Positions 35,828 through 48,338 of a stretch of DNA of 64,000 nt are shown in pieces. This DNA is from Amphiscolops sp. MND2022. Taxonomy: Eukaryota. The DNA is taken from contig OZ076416.1 in NCBI GenBank assembly GCA_964187785.1, positions 18,662,001 to 18,726,000 of the forward strand. The letters run 5' to 3'. The notes beneath the pieces are model-generated. The model did not search any database, was not told the origin of the DNA, and worked only from the letters and a program-made list of their open reading frames with translations. The position numbers and the translations under genes are program-made. Each line of letters begins with the position of its first letter. Within the stretch, counting starts at the first letter, position 1.

Positions 35828-38800
35828 CTGTTGAAAAAATGGAACAGATTTTTCAAAACAGAAATGAAAAATTTGCGAGACAGAGTTTTTTTTCTAATTT
35901 CTTTGAAAGATTGTATCATTTTATTGAGTGAGAGGGAACGTTTTTTTCCAGGAAAAAAACAATTATTGAGAAAAACTCTTTTGCCCAAAAAATTTTTGGT
36001 GGTCAAAAAGTTTTGGTTTGTTAAATTAAACACCAACTTCAGCGACAAACTTTTTTTAAATTTTATATAAAACAATATTTACCCTGTCTTTTGTTGAGAA
36101 CTAAACTACCACAATCTAAATTTCGAAGACCGACCTTCCAAATATGGCAGAATGATCTGTCGCTTCTGATCAGGTCTTAGGGGTCTCAGGTTGCATTGCA
36201 GCTCCTCCAGAGTGAGATCTATTTTTTCGATCATGCGCAGATGGGCCAGAAGCACCTGTCTGTCTGATGACGTCATGGAAACAATATCCTCTTTCAATTG
36301 CTCAACTTTCGCTTTCGGATAAGCGGGCAACCTCAAAAACAATTATTAAAGGATTAAGTCGATACTTCTAAAACGGAATGCCAATTTTTGGAATTTTTTC
36401 AGAAATATGTAATGTTTCAGGCAACCGCGTTATGTGGCAAAGCTTACAAAAATCAAAACCAGTGCAATAAAACACAGATTTTGGGTGATTTTGGGTTCAC
36501 AGATGTTCACAGACTGGTTTTGAAAAATCAAAATTTGTGGGTTAAATTAGAATATTGGGGCCAAATTTTTCCTGTTTTCAACGGTACTATAACGGTAATG
36601 AAAGTTTGAAAGTTTAATTTCATTGGATATGTTGTATCTCTGTTCTAACTCGTTAAAGAATGTAAGAGATCTAAGAATTAACTTATTTTCACTGATGTCT
36701 TTTCTATCACTGAGTATAGACATTCATCTGCGCTTAAGTGGCAGGACTGGTATTTAATATAAATAACATAAAGAAAGCAGACTAATTAGTTTCTAAAGTT
36801 TGTGAGAGTTCGTCTGTCCTCTACATTCCCCCTTCTTCTACTATTGGCTGATATCTCTGCCAATGGGGATTCCTGCTTTCTATTGTGGCGGTTGTTGTTC
36901 CTCCGCTGGTGCAGTTTGTGGTGGACGGTTGACCGTTCCTGGCTGTTTTGTTTGTCACGGTTGTTGTTTGGCCGTAACGTTAAGATTCTGTTTTGTGACC
37001 GGTTTACTGGTTGTTGTTCCCCTCCTTCGGTTTGGCTTTTTGTTGATCCGGTGTGGCTCCCGAATTCAGATTGTTTACGGTGTTTCCTGTAATAATGACA
37101 AATTGGGTTATTATACCTAATAATAGGATTAGTTTTTGTCAGTCTTTTCGATCTGCGTACAGGTTCGTTTTCTTCGGTTTCAATTTCGGTGCTTGAGCTC
37201 AGATTACTTGCTAGTTCTAACTCAGAGTTTTCCAGGTTCTCTGCTAACAATTTTGTGTTATTATCAGTAAGTACCTTACCGTTTTCGTCTCGGATGAAAA
37301 TTTCTTGCTCTGCGCTAGTAGCGTCTTTAGCGTCTTCTATGGCACGGTCTATTTCCGTGTCCGTCATGTTTGACGTTGTGATGGTCAACGGGCCTATGTT
37401 GTTTCCCGGCATATGTGTGTTGGCTGTATTTGGGCTGGCACGATCTCGAATCAATTTTGGGCGTCCTCGGCCGAGTGTGCTCTTCTTGATGGTTGTGTCT
37501 ATGGGGAGCTCTGGCGTCTTTGGGCTGTATATGTCCATTGGTGGTGTTTCCGATTCGGTGTCCGAGTCGATTACCACTGCCCGCTGTTGTTTGGATGGTG
37601 ATTTGACAAATCGGCCGTCCGGTCCGCGTGGCCCAATTCCTCTGTTGGTGTTTTCCTGGTTAAAATCAATGACAGGTTTACTTATCATTATCATTTTTCG
37701 ATGTATTACCCGTCCGTTTGGGGTGGTTACTGTATGATTTATGCCCAATATTGCTAGCTGTGGTTTATCGGAATATGCACTTTCTAGTTTATTTCGTTGG
37801 TGTTTTTTCTCTAGAAAAAAGAAAGGACAACTTACTCCTTTTGAGTTTTTCTTCGGTTTCATGGGTAGCTGGTCAGACACACCGCCAGCTCCACTGAAAG
37901 AGTATACCTGTAAGGTATCTGGTTTAGCTGAAACGGAACGTTTTGTTAACTTTTCGATTTCATCCAGATTTAGTAGGTTGCTTATTTCCGTATTCGGTTT
38001 TCTACCGTAGTGTAGTTCGAAAGCGGATTTTTTCAGTCGGGTGTGAGGCGTTTTTCTCATTACGTCTAGAGATATATCTAGGGCTTTTCCGAAACGTTCT
38101 CCGGCTTTAATGTTTGTTAGTAGGTTTTCTTTCAGAGTTGTTACCCCATGTTCTACCAGGCCGGTAGGTGTGTGTATATACGGTGTCCCGTATATTAATT
38201 TTATGTAGTGTTTCTTGCAGAAGTCTCTAAAGAGATTCGTCCCGTAAACGCAGTGGCCTTATCGGTTTTAATTATTATCGGTATGCCGTTTAGCCGAATG
38301 TATTGGTCGAGAAATTTTACTGCCGTTTCACCGTCCGTTGAAGTGCAAAAACTGGCCGCTGGCCATTTACTGTACCGGTCTATGGACAATAAGATATAGA
38401 ATCGACGGTTGTTTTCCGTCATTGGACCGATAAAATCCAGTTGAATTTCTTCGTTTGGATTATCCAATGGTGGATCACTATTTATTTCCGTGCTAAGTAT
38501 GTTAGGTTTTATGTTCTTACCGGACATTTTGCAGGGCAGACACGTTTCACATTTCTTTTGATGTGCCTCGGTCATCCGTGGCCACCAGAAGTGTCGTGCT
38601 GCAGGGGACATTTTGTTGATGGCTGGGTGGCCTTTGTGCAGGAGGCTGATGATGGTCGCTCTGAGGTTTTTGGGGACAATGATTTTGTCTTCGATGAAGA
38701 CCAGACCGAATCGGCTTGATAGCTTTCTTTTGTGCATTTGGTATTCTTCGGGAATCAACTCATGCTGCTGTCGTTCCAAGCTAACAAGTGTCTTCAATAA

Positions 38801-41800
38801 TGTTGGATCGTTGGTGGTCTCGGTCATTAATAACTGTAGATCCGTTGAAAAATTCTTTTCGGTCTCTTGCACGGCTTGTTCGAGGTCCCAAGTATTTTCG
38901 TCCAGTGCAGCTATTTTGAGGGCATGCCCCATTTTCACGTATTGCACGCTTTTCACTCCCACGTAGCGTGCCCAATTCCATGCTGGTACTTCTAATATGG
39001 ACGGGTCTTGGTCCGACTCAATTTCGCCTTCTTCCATGGGTATTTGGGCGAATTGGTGTTCCGTGTCTGCTATTGCCGATGATGGTCCGGGTTTGTCATA
39101 TTGGCTCTGGTCCTGTTGTTGTTGTTGTTGGACCGGTGTTGGTCGGTCCACCTCCCAAAATGGATCTACTGTCCACTGTTCCGACCGTCTGGTTTGTGGC
39201 TGGAAGCCGCCACTGTGTTGCGGGCCAATTCTTTGTCTCAGGTCTCCCTGTTGTTGTTTTTGCATTATTTGTTGTAATCGCTCCTCGATTACTTTCCCCT
39301 CATTTCTGAGAAATTTTGGTTCGTGGAATTTTTTCCTTTTCCCCCGGTTAAACGGTAGATGCCGGGCTTTACTATGTTTCTCCACCGTTGAATTAATTCA
39401 GTGGTTTCGGCCGATGAGTCTGCTGCTTCAAGATAATCAAATGTTCGGGCGTCCATTGTTATTTTTGAATTTGATGAGTTTTGTAGGTGATGAATTTCGC
39501 GTGTGTACGGTAAGTTGTTAAGGCAATCAATGGCGTTTTGTTCACGCGTTTCTCGTGACCACGGTTTGTTGTTTGTTTTGCGTTCGCTCTCCGTCGTTCC
39601 GTTTTCTGATTGGTTAGTGTGGTTGCTAAGGCAACGATATTTGGAGATGAATTTGTAGGGCGGCAAGATGTTGGTAATTACGTATTCTTCGTCGTATACG
39701 TCATCCGTTTGCGGCGGCGCTGACGGATTTCTGCTCAAGTAATCCGTGAGTGCTAAATGCTTGCCTGCGATACGGTTCACGTTTATTGTGAAATGTGCTA
39801 ATCGGTCGAGTCATCTTGTCAACCGTGCTCTGTACGTTTTATTTGATCGGTTCCGCTTTATCAGCGGTTCTAATGCTTGGTGGTCCGTGCGTAATTTAAT
39901 CGGTTTGCCGTAATTATATGGTCGGAAGTGTTCTAGCCCCCAAACTACTGCTAATAGTGCGAGTTCGTTAATTGCATATTTCTTTTCAGTGTCAGATAGA
40001 AATCGTCTTGCGAAACCGATCGGTTTTAATTTTCCGTCCGGTTGTTCTTGCCATAGCGTCGCACCGAGGCCTTTTGTACTGGCGTCGGTTGTTATCACGT
40101 TTTGGTAGTCTGAATTGTAATGAGCAAAACACGGTATTTCTGTGATCTTTTGTTTTAGATTTTCGAAGGCCCGTGTGTGTTCTTCCGTCCATAACCATTC
40201 GGTGTCTTTCTTTAACAGTTGTCTCAAACTGTCCGTCTGTGCTGATAAATTGTCTTTATTTTTGGACAGGTATTGGATGGCTCCCAGAAATTATTTGAAT
40301 TCTTTCTCTTTGTATAGCTGTTTCAAATTTTTTTGCCATTAGTTTGTCCTGTAACGGTCTGATACCGTTTTGGTCAATTTTGTGGCCAATCCATTCGATT
40401 TCCGTTTTAAAGAATTCGGATTTGCTTTCGCTCAGTCTGTATCCGGCGTTTTCTAGCCTGGTTAAAACATCCACCGATTCGTTTTTGTGTTGTTCTTTAG
40501 AACCTTTTGTTACCACGATTATGTCGTCCAACCATGCTGGGTGTTTGTTTTCCAATATTTGGTCAATTTTCTCTTGAAAAATTGTTGGTATGTCCGCTAA
40601 TCCGTAAAACCCTTTCAGGAAACGGTAGTAACCGGTAAAGTTTCCACCGGTTACGGCAAATATGCACAGGTTTCGGGCTTCTCTGGATAATAGTAGTTGA
40701 CCGTATGGGTAATACAAATCGAATTTCGAGATCCATATTTCATCTGCCGGTCCGTCCGCAATTTTCCTGGAGATTCTGGAAATTAATTCCTCCATGTTAG
40801 GCATTTGTGCCTTTCTCTTGATGGTTATCTCATTTAATTTCCTTGAATCTAGGGCGATTTTAACCGATTTGTCTTTCTTTACGGTTATGACTGCCGGGCT
40901 AACAAAACAATTCTCGTCAATGTTGTTTGCTTTTTCGATGTGGCCCTGTTTCATTAATTTGTTTATTTCCTTTTCAACCGATTGCTGTAGGTGAATCGGT
41001 ATTGGTCTTCCTTTTTGTTGGATTAGTCTCGCATCTTCTTTTAGCTGTATTTTTACTTCTAATCCTTCCACGGTGTGGTTTTCATGAAAAAGTTTTTGAA
41101 CTTTTTTTCAAGGAAGTAATATCCGGGTCTTCTGTGACGTGGTTTATTTGGGGGCCGGTTCTAACGGTGTCCAGTGTGATTCCCAGTTTTTTCATCCAGT
41201 CCAATCCTAACAAGGGATTGGTTTTCGTGGTTATCAAGATTTCCAGATTATTTCGTTGTCCATTTATTTCTACTGTTGCGGTCGTTTTTCCTTCGAATCG
41301 GATTTTGTTGTCATTCACGTCTCTATATTCCGTTTTCAGCGGTTTCAATGGTGTAATCCTGTGGAAAAGTGATTTTGGTATTAGTGTCACCGGTGATCCG
41401 CTGTCTATTATGAATTTGATTGGTCGGTTATTAACCAATGCGGTGATGGTGAAGAAGTCTGGACCGTCTTTGTTCACTTGACGCGTTGAATGGATCTTCT
41501 GGTTAATGCAATGGACTGTGTTCGGTGACCAGTCGTCTTCCTCCGCACTACTGGTTTCTTGTTCCTGTATGCGGTTTCTTTTCTTGTTTGTTCTGCAATA
41601 TTTCGCGTAATGGTCAATCTTTTCGCATTTTGCGCATTTCTATCCTCTGGCCGGACATTCGTGCTGTCTCGACCAGTTTGGGGCTCCGCACTATTGCAAT
41701 CCTTTTTCTTGAATTTGGTCGGTTTATCCGTTTGTTCTTTATGGCTTTTTGCTTTTCTTTTATTGAGATATCTAATCTTCTTTTCTTCTTCCGTTTCTGG

Positions 41801-44800
41801 TGAGTCATTTAGTTTCTCATACATATGTTCATGTAGTGCTTCGGTGATTGCTTCCACTGACATGTCGCTTTTTCTGATTTTTTTCTTGAGGTCGTAATCG
41901 CCTGTCGATTTTCCAATTACGAAGAGAAATATTGATGCTAGTAGTTCCGCTGCGATTATTGTTTCGAATTCGCAGTTTCTTTCAATTGTCAGTATCCGTT
42001 TCCAGACATCTGCCGCGGACTCTCCTTCTTCCCGTTTCAGTTCGAAGAAACCGGCTCTACTATGGTGGACATTCCGTTCTGGAGTGAAATGTAACCGGAA
42101 TAATGAGTACAGTTTGTGTAACGGTAATGAGCTTGGTTCTCTTTCTCTAACCGTTTTGGTCATTTCCGTGATAGCGTTTTGTCCAATTGCCCACAGAAAT
42201 ATGTCCTTTATTTCTGCTTCTAATTGGTCACGGTACTGTGGCAGTATCTCTTTGCTGTTTGTCATCATTGATAGATCTAGGTCTTTCGTCATTTTTATGT
42301 ACTGTGTGAACTTCCGCCACCACATGTTTGCACTGGTATAATCTTGTTTGTCCAATGTTGGAATGGAAAGTTTCTGTGTGCAGGTCCGTTCCGTGGTTCT
42401 GTTCATTGTGTCGTTTGGTGGCGGTCGTCCGCGTTGGTGCGTTTCCGTCACCGTCCCGTTGGTGCCTCCATTTCTTGAAGAGGTATTTGTGCTGTCGTCC
42501 ATTAATCTTCAGTAACTTGTGAAGGTTACTCTGACTGCGCCATGTTGTATCTCTGTTCTAACTCGTTAAAGAATGTAAGAGATCTAAGAATTAACTTATT
42601 TTCACTGATGTCTTTTCTATCACTGAGTATAGACATTCATCTGCGCTTAAGTGGCAGGACTGGTATTTAATATAAATAACATAAAGAAAGCAGACTAATT
42701 AGTTTCTAAAGTTTGTGAGAGTTCGTCTGTCCTCTACAGGATATTAAAAGCAAAACATATTAAGTAATGAATCACTTTATTTACAAAACTTCCAATAAGG
42801 ATGAGAAAGGAGTTTAAAAGATTCGAGAAGAAATTCAGATTTATTATGAGATCAAAAACTGACCGTTTGATGACGGATCATGCCAAAGTGAGCACTATTA
42901 TTTTGACCTTATTTGAAGCTTCTTGTGACATTTCCATGTTTTTGTAGGTTGCCAAGCTAGCTGGGTTCCTGAAACTTCGATGTTTCATGAAAAATTTGTC
43001 TGTCTGCAGATATGCACGTGTAAAACATTTCTGTAATCTCCACGGCGTGATTCAGCTCTCACTTTGTTATAGAGGAAGTAAATCATTTATGAAAGACACA
43101 CACCATCATACCTCAGTTATGACTTGAAACTTCTCTAACTACTCACACTTTCAAAAGTTTCATGATTTCTTTCACACTCCATGTCTGCAGCTCTCTGATA
43201 ATCCACTCCACACTGATTGCTTCGTGAACCTTCAGTCTGTTGAGGAAGTCGGTGACGTCATCGTAATCCAAGTGACCAATGATATGACAGATCTGAGCGG
43301 GTGTTAGTTTGATACCAGCCTCCATCACTACTTGTTTCTGATCTTCCAACTACAAAAAATAGAAGTTGAGAAAGGATAAAGTAATACAGAAAATGAAAAC
43401 TTCTTGTTTGTAAAATGCCCGGGATTTTATAAACAAGAAACCTTTGTAATTTTCGTGGACAAACATGTAGATAATGAGCTCAACAAAATGATGAAGGCTT
43501 CCTTGTCTTTTCCAGATTATTTTTCCGTAAAATTCGTTCATAATTCTGTAAATCTTGATACAAAACTTTTGTAACGGCATCCTCTGGTACAGCAAAATCA
43601 GTCGATTTTGGAATTTGGACATGTGCAGAAATTTGGTCAAAAATTCTAATTCGATGTGTGACGTGACAATAAGCATGTGATTGCTCTTTTTGCTGTTTTC
43701 GCCATTTTCAATGCAAAACGAAGACAACACAGCACACCGAGCGGGAACAGAGATAGCCTGAGAGCTCAGAAAAAATGTAAAAACTCCTAGAAAGACTCGT
43801 TTTGAGGTGCTAACTTTTGTTTTGAGGAGCCGGTTTTCTTAAGTTAAAGTATTTAGTGTTAACCCCGGTTAATTACCTTAAGTAGCGAGAACCGGAGAAA
43901 TGAGTCTTTTTACTTAAAGATCCTTGTTTGGTACTTGGAGCCCATGCGCCCCAACTTGTAGCCATGTAGACTGCGAGTTTGATGTGTTATTTGATGTATT
44001 TTCGCTGGATTTAGCCGTATTTGCTAGTTGAAGTCTTAGATACTATTCCCATATCACCCTGAAGATGGGAATTTACGCTGTTTATTCTTGGCATTGTTTT
44101 TAAAGGCTGTCTAAACGGTGGTTGTGAAGAGAAAAACATAATGCCCGTTATTCTCAGCTGTTAGAGACTGGACTCATCCCCCTTCCTCGGGACCGGCAAC
44201 CCTCTGGAGGCAAAATGGGCTAATGCCATTGTGGTCAGTATACCAATGGTATTGGGTCCTCCACCTCTTGTTCCGGCTAAACGCTAAGCGCTTATCTTTC
44301 TTTACATTTGCAAGATGCTTACTAAAGTACAACTATTCAACTAATCTGCTGCTCGATTCAAAATCTTGAAAAGAGTTTCACGAGAAAAGCTTGCAGAAGG
44401 GTTTGAAAACGAAGCAAGCTTGTTACAAGAAACTATATCAAGATTTTTGTGTTTGTTGATCAAGTGCTTTTCACAGATGACCTTTTCACAGAAACTTCTA
44501 GCGTTTAGGCTTTTAAAATTTTTAAGGTAGAACCTAAAAGGTGAAGCACTATTTTCAGGTACTAAAAACCTTTCAAGAGTTGAAAATAAGAGTCTTATGG
44601 AGAAATTTCACTAGTGAAGCTTCCCGACCTGGGTCTCTAGCATCTTTAACAACTTTTCCAGATCTTAGAAAAATTGGCAAACCCCTTGAACTTTTGGGCG
44701 TTGTGTTGGATTTCACCGGAGAGTTGAAAAGGTGTAAGTTACTGGAGAGTAACGACAATATTTGAAAACTTGGGTGTACTAAAATCGAAGTTTTTGTACT

Positions 44801-44932
44801 ACTAACAGATAATGTTCGTAGAAGTCGTCCCAGCTCTCGTGGTTTCGGCACATAGCCGATCTTGATGATGAACTCAAATTTCTCTTCCGTTGTTTTCTGC
44901 TGCATGAACAAAACTGCATCCTCGTCTTGAAT
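35604..44932 (-). CDS. Host protein-coding gene (3' part, at least 4 exons), uncharacterised alpha-helical repeat protein
   Basis: Exons 44932-44807 (126 bp), 43349-43147 (203), 36331-36135 (197) and 35827-35604 (224). All junctions are GT-AG with matching phases 0, 2, 1, giving an open reading frame of about 249 aa to TAA. Confidence 0.72.
36135..36331 (-). CDS. Host gene exon C (LPAYPKAKVEQ...IILPYLE)
   Basis: Acceptor TGTTTTTGAG, donor AG|GTCGGT, phase 2 to 1. Confidence 0.68.
36630..36825 (-). repeat. 3' LTR of Mag-like element 2
   Basis: Identical to 42543-42738 by eye; PPT at 36826-36836. Confidence 0.97.
36786..42502 (-). pseudogene. Gag-pol of element 2, with about 5 frameshifts and 1 nonsense codon
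   Basis: Seven ORF pieces (41474..42502, 41082..41477, 40256..41071, 39811..40227, 39289..39780, 38201..39385, 36786..38060), colinear with element 1 gag-pol. Confidence 0.93.
42543..42738 (-). repeat. 5' LTR of Mag-like element 2
   Basis: TGTAG...CAACA, followed on the minus strand by PBS TGGCGCAGTC (42542-42533). Confidence 0.97.
43147..43349 (-). CDS. Host gene exon B (LEDQKQVV...MKLLK)
   Basis: Acceptor TTTTTTGTAG, donor GTGAGT, phase 0 to 2. Confidence 0.75.
44807..44932 (-). CDS. Host gene exon A (IQDEDAVLF...GRLLRTLS)
   Basis: Acceptor TTTTTTTGCAG, donor GTTAGT, 42 codons. Confidence 0.7.
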
Positions 44933-45869
44933 CTGCAAAAAAAACATGAAAGAACTAGAAATTAGCACTCCAATTTTCCCCATTTTCATCATTAACAAAA
45001 CATGTGTTGTTCACGTTTTCAAGCAAGGGATCATTGAGATATATGTTTGTCGCAGGCGGCCGCCTGCGATGGCAAATGGTACACGATCGCGTATGGTTAT
45101 TGCAGAGCCTTACCCGGAACAATTCCACTGGATTGAGGAAACACCGACAATCAGGCCAGAAAGTCCAAAGCAAACATGATTAAAACTTTTTACAATAAAA
45201 CTGTTTTGTACTACTGTTTTATGTTATAACATGTAACTACATATATTTAGTTGCTGTGTTGCTAGTTTGGTACATTAAAACATGTAAATTTAGTCAAATG
45301 TGCTATTAATTGGACACCAAGGCGTACAGGTAGAGGAAACGTGTTCAAAATGTTTCCTCTCCTATCGCTGAGGACTACCAGTCCAATTCAAATATTGACC
45401 ATTCACGATGCAGTATTTTATTAAATCAGTCACGCCGGTATGGCTAATCTTGTGCTTACGCTGTACTCGGCTTTCATCTACTTATTTACTCAAGAGTAAA
45501 CTAAAGGACAGTATGTCCACCTTGCCATGCGCTGCCTTTACTGTACTAAACTGTCGTGCTAACTAAGCCGAGTAGACAGCGTGGATGTTTTGTATTGTGC
45601 TTCAAAACTATCATGAATTGTTGCCATTTTGTAAACCTTCAGCCTGTGGGGCTTAGTGTCATGATATCTGTTAAAATACATGTAAAATTGAATATGCATG
45701 TAAACATATGTAGTGTTATGATGATGAAGTGATGTTTTGGACATCGTGTCCATGTAAACAGTTTACGTCGACAGGCTTTGTAGTCTATTTTTAGAACAAG
45801 TGTGATGACTCGGTGCTATTTTTAGCTTTCTAAATCTAAAAATAGCTTCATGACGCCATAAATTTAGAC

Positions 45870-46591
45870 TGTCATACTATTATGAGTATAAATACAAGGT
45901 ACTCATTGTCTCAAGGGCAATATTTTGAGATTCCTCCATCTATACCAGTTTGTACATTTATACTCTGAAAACCACATCTATCAACTCTTTTGTTGGTAAA
46001 GTTATTGGGATAATTCAAACATTTCCCCAATAGAAACATTTATGCCTTCCACACGAAGACAGAACGCGAAAGCTAGAAAATCAAGAGAAGTGGACATGAT
46101 GTCCGATTTGAACAATTTAGACATTATGTTAGGGAACGGGGATGATAATCCCATAGAAAGGGAACTAGCAAGTGCTATTGAACAATCTTCAGTTCAAGGT
46201 GACACTGAGGACGGTATTCGTCAAAATAGTGATTATAGGGAGTTTGCTTATGAAAATGATCCACTCAGACAGAATGATGTTAGACAATCCTTTGAGACCT
46301 TTTCAAATGAATTTAATCTCAGGTTGTCTCAAGAAATGGACTCAATGCTGTCCATAGTCCACAATCAGATAAATAGGGCCATGAGTATTGCTATATCTGA
46401 AAAAGTTATTCCCGAGATTCAAAACATTGTGAGTTCAATGTCATGTTCGGGGAACAGGGACACTGAGGCCAGTATGTCCCCTAGTTGTCAGGAAAACCAG
46501 GAAAATACATCCGGGTTGAGAACTAAAATCACAAAAAAGGACTCGAGGTCTGCCTGTGGTTTGAGAGACACCGCGGGACGCGGGTCTTACA
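45870..46591 (+). mobile_element. ORF-bearing solo-LTR-like element (722 bp; ORF 46042.. open to the element end)
   Basis: TGTCAT...TTACA termini, hairpin ATGAGTA / TACTCAT around TATAAA, ORF MPSTRRQNAKARKSREVDMMSDLNNLDIMLG...KKDSRSACGLRD. No TSD seen. Confidence 0.7.
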
Positions 46592-47657
46592 ATGTTAATA
46601 AGACATCAATTTAAAAATAAACAGTGTGTTTTTGACAATATATTTTGTTTTTGAATAAACGGAGGAAGCTTCGTAAGAGATCCTTTCTCTATTGTAGATG
46701 CCATTTGTGACAAACTGCTTAGAATTTTAGTTCACGTAGTTTCATTTTATAAAAGCGCGTCTGTTGATTCATTAGTTTTATAATAAATATTATTAAACAA
46801 ATGAAACTTATAACTATTTTAAAGATTGCCCATTATGAAACAAAAAATACATTGATATTTCCCTTTTGAATGATTAACGGAACTATTTTACAACTATTTC
46901 ATTGGCTAGATAGTAAAAACAGGGAACTGAAACCAAGCTGATATATTTTTATGAAGAGAAACAGCTTACTTTCGTTTTAATATCGAGACTGTCCAGAATT
47001 TGAGGAATCGTGGCCTTACAAGTGTCTCTTAATAACTCAGTCAGTATTTCCACATTGATAGACCCAAGACTCCGAAGCAATCTGAAAAATTCTAATAATC
47101 AACGTTTCCAATGACATGCCTGAATTACATGTTGTGCAGGCTCAAACGTTACTATGAAAACCGCTTGCTTTTTGGAATTGAACTGAGAAATAATTCACGA
47201 ACAAAATGTTTCCTTTGACAAACGAAGTTCCCTGTACTCATTGGCTTTTGAAATAAGTTAGCTGACAGGGCCAATAAAAATTGAAAATTCCGATCGTTGA
47301 GAAAAAAAATGCTGAAACAATCACACCATTAAATTAGCAAACACTTATTCCACGTACCTGCAAATATCTGGTACTCCCCACGCGCCCAGACAGTCCTTGA
47401 GCCCCTGGAAAGAATTTTTGACAAACTCCCAGTTGGCTTTCACTATGACGTCATTCTGATCCACGATCTGTACTCTACGTAGACACTTTACTGCTAGTTC
47501 CATTATCTGTTGGCTAAAAACACCAACTTCCAGTGAAGGTTAAAAATCCCAATTTGATACTTTAAACCTAAATGGGTAATATAATACGGTTTATGTGCCT
47601 TACAACAAAACTTAAAACCTAAAAAGAGAACGTTTTAAAAGCCACCGCCTCACTAAG

Positions 47658-48338
47658 TGTAATGAGTGTCCTCCTCATCATTAACAAAAACTGGATTTCG
47701 GGGGAACTCATCCCGAGAACTACTTCTAATCTTGCGATTGAGATTTCCTTCGGATATATATTCCGGTCTCTCGGTCGAAACATTCCATCCCTTTTGTGGT
47801 AACACTTGTTCATTAATTGCCTCACTTATAGCCCTTGAATATAACCCTAGAATTTGCAAACTCACACTGTTCATCTCTTGAGTGATTCTTTGGTTAAGTT
47901 CTCCTGACAGCCTATTTATCTTACTACTAGAATCAATTTCTCCTGAAATATCCTGAAATATGGCCATTTCCGGTAAACCTCCTGATTTCATTCTCACCAG
48001 AATTGGAGTGAGAATTGGTATTGTGGTCTTCTAACGCATCGTGACTAAGACTTTCGGGCCTTCTAGCCGATTTTCCAATATCACTATCGTCCCTTTCAAA
48101 GTGATTGCTGCCTAGCATTATGTCAATATTTTCCAAGTCTGATAGCATTTCTGCGTCTTTTGATTTTCTAGCCTTGCTTTTCTGTTTCCTTGTAGTCATG
48201 AAGAATATCCGATTGTGAATATTTCAATTATTCAATCAGAAAAATATAACTAGAAATGGGTTTGAACAATAGAACGGTTCGTAGAATTGTGTCTTCTCCA
48301 GAAGAGTTACTAGTATTTATAGTCCGTAGGGAATGACA
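47658..48338 (-). mobile_element. ORF-bearing solo-LTR-like element (681 bp, frameshifted ORF)
   Basis: TGTCAT...TTACA on the minus strand, TATAAA near the 5' end, ORF MTTRKQKSKARKSKDAEMLSDLENIDIMLG...AISEAINEQVLPQ...THY. No TSD seen. Confidence 0.7.

Larger units (their letters stand above)
36630..42738 (-). mobile_element. Full-length Mag-like Ty3/Gypsy LTR retrotransposon 2, coding region disabled, intronic
   Basis: Identical 196-bp LTRs, TSD GGATA (36625-29 and 42739-43), PBS TGGCGCAGTC, PPT AGAAGGGGGAA. Fragmented gag, PR (FIIDSGSPVTL), RT (WLDDII), RH (TDAS) and INT (QLDFIGP, TDKA). Confidence 0.97.

Noticed and set aside
42908-43030. Extra host-gene exon (KCFTRAYLQTDKFF...ASNK)
   Set aside because: It has AG/GT boundaries and an open frame, but its phase (0-0) is incompatible with the phase-2 junction that joins the flanking exons.
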